Below, piece by piece: positions 39,219 through 49,549 of a stretch of DNA of 64,000 bases. The notes below the pieces were generated by a model that was not told the origin of the DNA, ran no database searches, and was given only the letters and a program-made list of their open reading frames with translations. The stretch comes from Macrostomum lignano (taxonomy: Eukaryota), in assembly GCA_002269645.1 (NCBI GenBank), contig NIVC01000874.1:186001-250000 (forward strand), read 5' to 3'. A program made the translations under genes and the position numbers. Every line of letters starts with the position of its first letter. Position 1 is the stretch's first letter.

Positions 39219-42200
39219 ATGACTAGTGATTCAGCAAATATGGCGCAGGCCCTGCAACTCGCGGTCTGGTTACCAGACGTCTTTGACCTCGAAGGCGATT
39301 CTCTGACAAGAGCTCAGCAATGGAAAACCTGGACGCAAAGGTTCAACAGCTACAGATGCACAGCTGGAATCACAGATGAGACACAGCAGCTCGAGCTCTT
39401 AGTTTACACAGCGGGTGAGAAGCTGGAAGACTTCATGGACAATAACATGAGCTCATCAAAGAGTTGCAGGGTATCTTCGACCAAAAGAACAGCGTTGTCT
39501 TCCTCAGGTACCAATTTGAAACCTGCCAACAGGAGGATGGAGAGTCAATTGAGGCCTGGTACCATCAGCTATGCAAGGCTGCGGACCAATGCACATTCGG
39601 CGAACTCCGAGACTCGCTCATCAGGGACAAGATCGTGGCTCACTACCGGTCCGAGAGATCAGGAGGGAACTCCTGCAGCTCAACGATGTCTCCTTAGACG
39701 ACGTTATGAAGCGAATCCGAGCGAGGGAGGCAGCGGAGCAGCAGGCCCAGGCCATGGATATGAGCACCGCAGCCGAGACGGGCCGGGCCACCCTGCCGCT
39801 TTGAATGTGACGGCGCTGCATCCACCTCGTAACCGACCATCGCATTCAACCAGGCTGGCTGCCGCGGCAAGAGACAGCGGCATTAACTGCGATTGCTGCG
39901 GGCGGTCAGGACCTCGGACGTGTGAGGCAGTCCGTGACAAAGCGTGTCGACGCTGCGGCAAGATGGGTCATTTCGCTCGGGCGTGTCGAGGAGCAGCTAA
40001 AGTCCCTCTGAGGACCGTTAACGAACCGCAGGAGGACGCTCCGCCGGGTCGAGTCGAATATCTGCAGGACGACCCCGTCGAGCACGAACGATTCACCCTG
40101 TGGAACTGCGGCTCAGCTTGGACGCCTGCGACCATTAACGGGCTCAAGGCAAATGTGCTCATCGACAGCGGCGCGGCCTGCAACATCATCGACAGGGCGG
40201 CCTACGACAGGATGCCGCAAAAAGCCGCGCTGCAACCCGCCAGCGACAAGGTCTACCCGTACGGAAGCCAAGAGCCACTGAGACTGCTGGGCAAGGCAGA
40301 CCTGCAAGTCAGCGTGTTCGAGATCTACCAGACACTACCGTTCTTGGTGCTCGACGGTGAGGGCGCTTGCATCATTGGCCAGAGAAGCGCTGAAAGACTT
40401 CAGATTCTGCGAGTCGGCCCGGAGAACAAGATGGCATGCCAGCTGCGTCCGTCTCCCGAGGTCTCGCTAGACAGCACGCTCGCAGGGATCCCAAAAGACG
40501 TCCTACACGCGCCGGGGCACTGGCCCTCTGCGAAATCCTGACGGAAAACGCACAAGTCTTTAGCGGAATCGGCAGGCTCAAAAACTATGCCGCCCACATC
40601 TTCCTGGAAGAGGGAGCCAAGCCAGTCTGTCACCCTCCATCAAGGGTGCCAATACATCTCGCACAGGCAGTCGACGCCGAGCTGCAGTGCCTCGAGGACC
40701 AAAGCATCATCGAGCTGGTGGAAGGCCCCTGTCCGTGGGTAGCCCGTGGGGCGCAGCTATTCTCAGAGCTCGACATCGCGAAGGCATTTTATCAATCCCA
40801 GTCGCCGACGAATGCCGCCATCTTCTGACTTTTTCGACGCCACGAGGCCTACGGCGGCTGACCCGACTGCATGGGACTGTCTACGGCCCAGGAAATTCTT
40901 CAGGCGGTCATGTCATCCGTGCTAGCTGGGCTCCAGAAAGTAAAATGGATTCACGACGACGTCATTGTGTATGTGCCGGTGCACCACAGCAACCTGCAGG
41001 CATGTCTGCGACGACTGGCGCAGCACGGGCTGACGCTAAATCCGTTAAAATGCAAGCTCGCCCGTACCGAGGTCACGTTAATGGGGATGCGGCTGTCTCG
41101 TGAGGCAGTCAGACCAACCGAGTCCAAGCTGGAGGCCATCCACGCATTCGCCGAGCCAACGACCGCCACAGAGGTGCGCTCGTTCCTAGGCCTGGTCAAC
41201 TATCTGGCCTCATTCACCCCGGGCTGGCGGACGTAGCGAGGCCGCTGCGAAATCTGACTAGGAAAGGCGAGTCCTGGGCATGGACCGACCTCGAGAAACG
41301 AGCTTTTGGCGACGTCAAGACCCGGATTGCGGCCAGCGGCACCCTCGCCTTCTTCAACCACCGCCTAGCGACGCAGCTCATCGTCGACGCCGGCACAGCG
41401 GGCCTGGGCGCGATCCTAACTCAGACGCAAGCGGACGGCACCAACCGGCCCGTCGCGTACGCCAGTCGGACGCTGTCCGGTGTTGAGCAGCGCTACTCCC
41501 AGATTGAGAAGGAGACGCTGGCCGTCAAATTCGGCTGCTTGAAATTTCAGTACTATCTCCACGGCGCCCCGACATTTACGGTGGTGACGGACCACAAGCC
41601 GCTCATCTCATTGTTCAGCAGTGGCTCAAGGCCTCCTCCGAGGATCCAAAGAATGGCGCTGCGCATTCAGCACATGAAATTCACAGTCGAATACCAGCCT
41701 GGCCCACTAAACCCAGCCGGCAGCCGCTGCCAACACGAGGAAGAAATGTCGGCGAGGAGCTCGACACCCTCTGCATCGCTGCAATTGTCCAGGCGGCCAT
41801 ACCGAACGCGCTGTCGTTGTCCTCTGTGCAAGAGAGTTCGCTGCAAGATGCAACAATTCAAGCCGCTATTTGGTCGCTGGAGACAGGACGATGGAGCCTC
41901 GAGTCGGCGGAGTTGCCATCGCTTCACGCCTTACGGGACGAGCTATCGGCAGCGGACGGCGTGCTCCTACGGGGCCAGCGGATCTTAGTTCCAACGGCGC
42001 TTCGGCGCCTGGTGTTGGACCTGACACACCGCGGTCATCAGTGCATGCGCAAGACGGTTGACCATTTGAACACCAAAGTCTGGTGGCCGAGGATGCAGAC
42101 AGAAGCGGAGCTCTTTGTGCGTGCGTGCCGAGCCTGTGAAGCAACGTCGCACGCGGCCGAAGTGACTGACGTGAAGCGCTGATTCCCAAGCCGAGGAATT

Positions 42201-42952
42201 CGTTCGCCAGATTCGTCATCCCGCAGGTACTGGTCACTGATAACGGCCCGCCGTTCTCCTCGGCCCAGTTCAAAGGCATTCTGGACAGCTACGGAATCCG
42301 GCAGCGTCTCATCACACCGCTGCATCCCCCGCAGGCCAACGGCATCACCGAGCGCCTGAACCGCTCCATCAATAATGTTGTACGGGCTGCCGTTGCCAAG
42401 AAGCGCGACTGGAGGGCGGCCCTTGACGAGTGGCTGCTGGCCTACCGTTGTACACCGCAGCGAACCTCCAGCCGGGCACCAGCCGAGCTTCTCATGGGGC
42501 GCGTCCCAAACGACGCCATCCCGTCAGTCAGGCCGTCGAGGCCGGTGGGCATCGCGGACAGGAGGCTCCGACAGCAGGACGCCAGCAGCAAGGCAAAGAG
42601 CAAGCGCTACTCCGACAAGCAACGGCAGGCGAGACCGCACGGGCTCAAAGTTGGCGACACAGTGCTGCGGCGCCAACTAAATCCGCTCAAGGGCGAGGCT
42701 CCGTTCGAGTGGGCACCCTGGCTGGTCGAGAAGGTCAAGGGCGACTCGATGACCATTCGGCAGGGCGCCAGAGTTTGCAGGCGGCACTGCACCGACCTCA
42801 AGCGGGTAGCGCCGGATACTGAGCCCGATTTTCCTGTCGGGGAGCCCGCGCCGCCGATCCAACAAGCTGCGGGGAGCGAACCCGCAACCTCGCCAATTGC
42901 GCTGCGACCACACCCCCGAGAGGCCAAGGTGAAAATGAACTATAGGGTTTAA
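39219..42952 (+). mobile_element. Ty3/gypsy LTR-retrotransposon gag-pol remnant, frameshifted and internally deleted
   Basis: CCHC knuckle CRRCGKMGHFARAC; protease LIDSGA; RT FSELDIAKAFYQ and WIHDDVIV; RNase H VAYASRTLS..YSQIEKE and VVTDHKPL; integrase HHCC (HRGHQ..VWWPRM..CRAC) and TDNGPPF..QANG..ER. Multiple frameshifts; no LTR pair found. Confidence 0.95.
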
Positions 42953-43540
42953 CAAAAACTCGCGCTTGGCAGACTGACGCTAATATCCTTGAGTGCGTTT
43001 TAATTTTGCTTTTGCGTCGCGAGCTTGCGAAAAAATAGTCATTCTGTAGCTAATGCACTACAATCTGTAGCATTTTGCCGACTAATATTCTTCTTTGCAA
43101 TGTTTGTGGTAACTTTCATTTTTTAAAAACCTTTTACAGTTGTACTTTTAATCCGATACGAGGCATTACAATAGGCATTATGTTGTAATGATATTAGTAA
43201 TGACGTAATGAGTACAAGTAATCACTAAATCTACAAATTTTGAATCAAAAGACCTGTTCCCAATTCCCATTTTTTAGAGTTAGGACCCTAATCCTGCAGG
43301 GATCGAATTTTCCTTGGGATCCCAAGATTTCAGGGTTGGGATTAGGATCATTATTAATCAAGGAAATATAGGCATTTTTATTCCTATATTTAAGTTACTT
43401 TAATTTAATTAAAAAATTTTTGTTCTGAAATTAAGGATTTAAAAAGAATAATAATAAATTCTTGAATTGTCAATGTTTCAGGCAGTTATAAGGCTACATT
43501 GGTAATTTTATTAGCAGCAAAATATTTGGCAAAGGAGTGA

Positions 43541-46500
43541 ATGGAGAAATCTGCATGGGCGGAGCTGATTGGGCTGCGGTTGAAGCAACGCAGTGCAAAG
43601 GAGCATGCATTTGCTGCTGTGATCACTGCCTGTAAGAGTTCTTTATATAGTTCAATTTTTATATCATTTTTACTTATGCTCCTGGTGATGCTGAAGTGTC
43701 TATCAGTGATGGTTCATTTGCTAAATGGTTTTCAATAACCATTTGGTTCCAAAAGGGTCTTATTACTGAGTAGTTGCCAAAGGGTCTATCACTGAGTAGT
43801 TGCTAAAAGATCTATCACTGAGTAGTTGCTAAAGGGTCTGTCACTGAGTAGTTGCTAAATGGTCTGTCACTGAGTGTTTTGCTAAAGGGTCTGTCACTAA
43901 GTGTTTGGCTGCTGAGGATTCTGTCACTAAGTGTTTGGCTGCTGAGGATTCTGTCACTAAGTGTTTGGCTGCTGAGGATTCTGTCCCTATTGCAGCGCAT
44001 GGCTTAAGTACGCCAGACGCCTACACAACCTGCGCCACGCTGTGAAATGACTTACCTGTGAAAGAAACCCTAAAGCAAAATTAACGCAGTTTTGGGTAAA
44101 CGGCAGGAGTAACTATGACTGTTTTATCAAGCCTAAATGCCTCGGCATCTAATTAGTACTACGCCCGTATTCTATGGGGTGGCATTTTTGCAACTTACCC
44201 CTGGTCCACCACCAATGCTGCGCCGCGCAGGCTGATCCGCGCCGGACGCCGTCCGCCAAAATGCCCATGCGCTGCAATCAGGGATTCTGTCACTAAGTGT
44301 TTGGCTGCTGAGGATTCTGTCACTAAGGGTTCCTCAGGCACCAAGGCTGCTGGGTTTCAGAATTCTGGTGTCAAACTGTCACTGTCTAATCAATCTTGTC
44401 TCAAGGCTCGCTAGATTCGCAACTGTCACAATTCTCAAACCCGCAGTTAACAAGCTGCAAGACCGTCTAGAGCTCACCAAGCAGAAGAACATGCACCTGA
44501 AGGTTGAGAATGACAAGCTCAAATCTGAGCTGTCCAGCAAGCTTGGCAACCCGGATGGGTGAGAATTGGTTTGGTGGTTTGAAGATGAGTGCGGGAAAGA
44601 TTGCGGGTATGGATCTATGGATTGCGGATGTAGATCCAGGGATTGCGGATGTAGATCCAAATATTGGGGATGTAGATCCAAATAATGGGGATGTAGATAC
44701 AGAGATTGAGGATGTAGATCCAGGTATTGCGGATGTAGATCCAAATAGTGGGGATGTAGATCCAAATATTTGGGATGTAGATCCAAATATTGGGGATGTA
44801 GATCCAGAGATTGAGGATGTAGATTCAAATAGTGGGGATGTAGATCCAGGGATTGGGGATGTAGATCCAGGGATGGCGGATGAAGATCCAGGGATTGCGG
44901 ATATAGATCTATGGACTGCGGATGTAGATCTAGGGGTTGAATCCAGATGCACATGTCAATGTTTTTAGAAGATTTCCCTGCCTGCCAATACAGAACCCTA
45001 AAGAGCAGCGGCCTCTCTGCGCAATTGATGGAGCAGAAGCAGCTGGCGCTGCAGGAGCGGGAGCTGGAGTTCCTTCGCGAGAAGGACAAGCTGAATACCC
45101 AGTTGCACGGCCTTCTGAACGACCTGCACGATAAGGACCGGGAGCTGCAGTCGCGGGACGCCCAGCTGCTCGCTGCCAAGCGCCGGGCCGCCGAGCTGCA
45201 GGACGAGGTTCAGCGGCTCCGCTCGGAAATTGAGCAGCTGCGGGACACCAACCAGACTCTGACAGACGAGCTGCAGGCCAACCAGCTGGCGTACAACCAG
45301 GTGGAGGCCAGCATGAAGCGGCTGGCGGACGAAAACGCCGACCTGATCCAGCGCTGGATGGAGCACAAAGGCAAAATGGCCACCAAGGTCAACAAGCAGA
45401 ATGAGGAGGCGCTCAAGAAGCAGCAGGTGAGAATGGTTTGTGGCTGGAGCTGTCTGTCTATAGATGCTGTCTATGGCTGTAACTGTCTATAGCGTCTGAC
45501 TGTATACCTGTCTGTATCAATGTACTATATATTACTGTAACAGGCCATCTATGCTGTATATGACTATCTAGGATACTGTCTGTATCTTTGCCTGTAACTG
45601 TGTTTATCCATACGGCATGGTGTTTATCCATCCATGTTTATCCATACGGCCTAGTCTATGTACAGACCTCTGCTGATGCATCCAAGAGTGTCGGTAGGCA
45701 TTAGTTTTTTCTTTCCTCGCCCTCTGCCGCGCAGGAGCGAGTCCGTCGTGAGCTGGAGGAGGCCGCCAGCGAGCCGGTGAACATCCACCTCGACGCTTCC
45801 GGCAGCGACTCGCCCGGCTACGGCGGCGGCGGCGGTGGCGTCGTCTGCCTGCCGCGTCGCCTGGACGCCGCCATGGACTCGGCACACGACGGCGAAGTGA
45901 ACGGCGTCCGCTGGTCGCCCTCCGGCCGGCTGTTGGCCTCGGCCGGCACGGACCGCAAGGTGAAGCTCTGGGCCGTCAGCGGCGGCCGCTTCGAGCTGCG
46001 CGGCAGCCTCACCGGCAGCAACGCCAGCGTCAACAGCGTCTGCTTCGACTCGGAGGATCAGCTGCTGGCCGCGCCGTCCAGCGACTACGCAGTCCGCGTG
46101 TGGAGCTACGCCGACCAGCGGATGCGGGCCTGCCTCACCGGACACAGCAACAAGGTGCGAAGGTTGTCATTGCTGTAGCTATGCTGTAAATATGGCTATA
46201 ATTGTCTGTAACTATGCTGTAAATATGGCTATAATTGTCTGTAACTATGCTGTAAATATGGCTATAATTGTCTGTAACTATGCTGTAAATATGGCTATAA
46301 TTGTCTGTAGCTATGCTGTAAATATGGCTGTAATTGTCTGTTACTATGCTGTAAATATGGCTGTAATTGTCTGTAGCTATGCTGTAAATATGGCTATAAT
46401 TGTCTGTAACTATGCTGTAAATATGGCTATAATTGTCTGTAACTATGCTGTAAATATGGCTATAATTGTCTGTAGCTATGCTGTAAATATGGCTGTAATT

Positions 46501-48168
46501 GTCTGTAGCTATGATTTAAATGTAACTGTAATTGTCTGTAGCTATGCTAGGGTTAGGGTTAGGGTGCCAGCCGTTCTGTAAATATGACTAATTGTCTGTA
46601 GCTATGCTGTATGATAATTGTCTGTAGCTATGCTGTATGATAATTGTCTGTAGCTATGCTGTATGATAATTGTCTGTAGCTATGCTGTATGATAATTGTC
46701 TGTAGCTGCGCTAGCTATGCTGTAAATGTGTAAATATTTGCTGTGCTGCTGTGTAAATGCTGTCTGCACGCATTCAGATTAAGGAGGCCCTTGTCTACGC
46801 CATACTTATCACTCAAAGGTGCTAGCAGCAGGCTTCCTCAGCCTTGGCAACCGCCTGGTAACGGGTAGCCACGACCGCACACTGAAGCTGTGGGACCTCC
46901 GCAGCCGGGCCTGCGTCAAGACTGTCTTTGCCGGCTCCTCCTGCAACGACCTGGCGGTGTCGCCCACCCTCAACGACCTCATCATCAGCGGCCACTTCGA
47001 CAAGAAGGTCCGCCTCTACGACTGCCGAGGCGAGAGCGGCGTCGGCGAGATGCAGCTGGCCGGCAAGGTCACCGGGCTGGACGTGGCCACCGACGGCTTC
47101 AAGGTAGGTTCTGGCCTCCTAAATATTCTCATGCCCTCCCCTTTGAATTCTCGTGCCCTCCCTTTGAATTCTCATGCCCTCCCCTTTGAATTCTCGTGCC
47201 CTCCCCTTTGAATTCTCGTGCCCTCCCTTTGAATTCTCATGCCCTCCCCTTTGAATTCTCGTGCCCTCCCCTTTGAATTCTCATGCCCTCCCCTTTGAAT
47301 TCTCGTGCCCTCCCCTTTGAATTCTCATGCCCTCCCTTTGAATTCTCATGCCCTCCCCTTTGAATTCTCATGCCCTCCCCTTTGAATTCTCATGCCCTCC
47401 CCTTTGAATTCTCATGCCCTCCCTTTGAATTCTCATGCCCTCCCTTTGAATTCTCATGCCCTCCCCTTTGAATTCTCATGCCCTCCCCTTTGAATTCTCA
47501 TGCCCTCCCCTTTGAATTCTCATGCCCCTCCCTTTGAATTCTCATGCCTCCCTTTGAATTCTCATGCCCTCCCTTTGAATTCTCATGCCTCTCTTTGAAT
47601 TCTCATGCCCTCCCCTTTGAATTCTCATGCCCTCCCCCCTTTGAATTCTCATGCCCTCCCTTTGAATTCTCATGCCCTCCCCTTTGGGTTCTCATGCCCC
47701 TCCCTTTGAATTCTCATGCCCTCCCCTTTGGGTTCTCATGCCCTCTCTTCAATTCCGTACTCCCTGACCCTGATTCTCATGCCCTCCTATCGATTTTCAT
47801 GAAGTCTTCTCTAATTCCCAACCCCCACCCGGCTATCGCGCACTGAAGTTGCTGGCCGCCACCCGGGACAACCAGCTGTGCGTGCTGGACCTGCGCTCCC
47901 GGCTGCTGCTGCACGACCTCCGCGCGGACGGATTCCACATCGGCCTCGACCACACCGGCTGCTGCTTCAGCCCCGATGGCCAGTTCGCCGCGGCCGGCAC
48001 TGAGCAGGGCGAGTTGTTCGTGTGGAGCGCCATCACCGGAAGCTGGAGACCCGCCTGCGGCCCGACCAGCAGCAGCAGGCCGCCACCATCATCGGCGTTG
48101 CCTGGCACCCCGGCGGTGGCTGCGTGGCCTCCTGCGACAGATCCCGCCACATCTGCCTGTGGGCTTGA
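43541..48168 (+). CDS. ATG16L1: Autophagy-related protein 16 (coiled-coil + WD40), with an apparent 1-bp frameshift in the last exon
   Basis: Exons 43541-43631 (MEKSAWAELIGLRLKQRSAKEHAFAAVITA), 44447-44558, 44994-45426 (coiled coil, LADENADLIQRWMEHK), 45735-46154, 46819-47103 (GSHDRTLKLWDL, ISGHFDKKVRLYD), 47849-48168. All GT-AG with compatible phases. Frameshift at ~48040. Confidence 0.93.
43986..44282. mobile_element. 297-bp non-autonomous TIR element with 9-bp TSD carrying a 28S rRNA-like fragment
   Basis: TIRs CCT-ATTGCAGCGCATGG / CCATGCGCTGCAATCAGG (14 bp perfect plus CCT). GATTCTGTC is duplicated at 43977-43985 and 44283-44291. Confidence 0.8.
44094..44157 (+). pseudogene. 28S (LSU) rRNA fragment, domain IV (helix 69-71 region)
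   Basis: GGGTAAACGGCAGGAGTAACTATGACT and AAATGCCTCGGCATCTAATTAGT match the conserved eukaryotic LSU sequence (as recalled) at 26/27 and 22/23; the central 14 nt are diverged. Confidence 0.85.
44605..44935 (+). repeat. Intronic minisatellite, 21-bp unit GATGTAGATCCA..T(A/T)(T/G)TGGG
   Basis: Tandem array in ATG16L1 intron 2; it explains ORFs 44379-45179, 44467-44952 and 44504-44968. Confidence 0.95.
46170..46730 (+). repeat. Intronic minisatellite, 33-bp unit (AACTATGCTGTAAATATGGCTATAATTGTCTGT) changing to a 26-bp unit; (TTAGGG)3-like motif at ~46548
   Basis: Tandem array filling ATG16L1 intron 4. Confidence 0.95.
47120..47745 (+). repeat. Intronic minisatellite, ~22-bp unit GAATTCTCATGCCCTCCCCTTT
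   Basis: Tandem array filling ATG16L1 intron 5. Confidence 0.97.
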
Positions 48169-48369
48169 CCCACTGAACCCGAGCCTGACCCATCAAATCT
48201 GAGCCCGACTCGAACTAAACTGAATCTGACACTGACCTACCTGACTCGAGCTCGGCTTCCGAGTTCCGAATTCAAAATCTGACCTGCTGGCACTCACTCA
48301 AAGCTTGACCCACCCTTACCCGAGCTTGACCCACCGGTACTCAGGCTTGACCCTCACCGGAACCCGAGC

Positions 48370-48705
48370 TTGACCAGCCGGTACCTGAACTCAGAATCTG
48401 ACCAACTGGTACCTGAACTCAGAATCTGACCAACCGGTAACTGAACTCAGAATCTGACCAACTGGTACCTGAACTCGGAATCTGACCAACTGGTACCTGA
48501 ACTCAGAATCTGACCAACTGGTACCTGAACTCAGAATCTGACCAACTGGTACCGGAACTCAGAATCTGACCAACTGGTACCTGAACTCGGAATCTGACCA
48601 ACTGGTACCTGAACTCGGAATCTGACCAACTGGTACCTGAACTCAGAATCTGACCAACTGGTACCTGAACTCAGAATCTGACCAACTGGTACCTGAACTC
48701 GGAAT
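48370..48705 (+). repeat. 28-bp minisatellite (AACTGGTACCTGAACTCAGAATCTGACC) downstream of the ATG16L1 stop
   Basis: About 11 tandem units, probably within the ATG16L1 3' UTR. Confidence 0.95.
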
Positions 48706-48871
48706 TAAAGAGCTCGCATTGATTAAACCGTCCGCACTACTGCAGATGCCGATGGTTTCGAGTTGTCTATGATTATAGTTCAATGTGTAGACGGAGCCAA
48801 TCTATTGCATTGCCAAGCTGCAGGAAGCTTTGCTAACTCACCACGTACTCATCAGATCTGCTTGCTGCCCC

Positions 48872-48909
48872 AATAAAGTTTTGCATCAATTTTTATCACC
48901 GTTTTTATT
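48872..48909. terminator. Opposed polyadenylation signals (AATAAA plus 48872-48877; AATAAA minus 48904-48909)
   Basis: Canonical hexamers on opposite strands between the convergent ATG16L1 and DLG1 genes; usage is inferred. Confidence 0.45.
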
Positions 48910-49549
48910 ATTGCTGTTATTGTCAATCCCCTGGCAAATAGTGGCTACCGTGTGTAAATTTTTTTGTTGCAAATAAACCAGTTGCTGTTATAGCAGAGTT
49001 GTGATCAATTTTAATTGCATGCTTTAAGAGCACCAGGCAATCATTCAAACACTGCAATCGCATCAGCTTTGATAATAAGAAATCAAACTCGGACCAGTTG
49101 CTTGGGCTGGAATTGCAAATTGAATTTCTCCGCCAGGCCCCGGCAGCCACTACTGTGAGTAGCCAGTATTATAAGTAAGCATATATTGGTTATGCGGTTA
49201 AAAATATTTATGCATAGAGGCTTGTACAGGATAATCAACACAGATAGGGGAGATGGGATCGGCCGGCAGCAGGGGGGAAAAGATCCCCATAGCAACTGCG
49301 GCGGGATAACAAGCAAGGAAAAGTACAAGACCGCCAGAAATGAACTTGATGAGGCCGCGGCTGCTCTAGAATACTAACTAGAAGAGCCTTAATTAAAACG
49401 CAGGCGAAACTGTAAAAATCTGGGCTACAGTATGGGCTGATTAAGGAGGTGCAGCGCAGAGTAAAAACACGGATTTTAATAAAAGCCATTTCTGCATCGG
49501 CTATTTTGGATGACTCTCGGGCCGGCTTTGGAAGAGGCTGAGGGCGGTC

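Larger units (their letters stand above)
43760..44330 (+). repeat. Intronic minisatellite (25-30-bp units, CTGTCACT(G/A)AGT...), interrupted by a TIR element
   Basis: Units CTGTCACTGAGTAGTTGCTAAAGGGT, then GATTCTGTCACTAAGTGTTTGGCTGCTGAG, resuming at 44283. Confidence 0.9.

Noticed and set aside
44094-44157. Functional rRNA gene, or a snoRNA guide on the minus strand
   Set aside because: Only 64 nt with a mutated core; no C/D or H/ACA boxes; complementarity far longer than a snoRNA guide.
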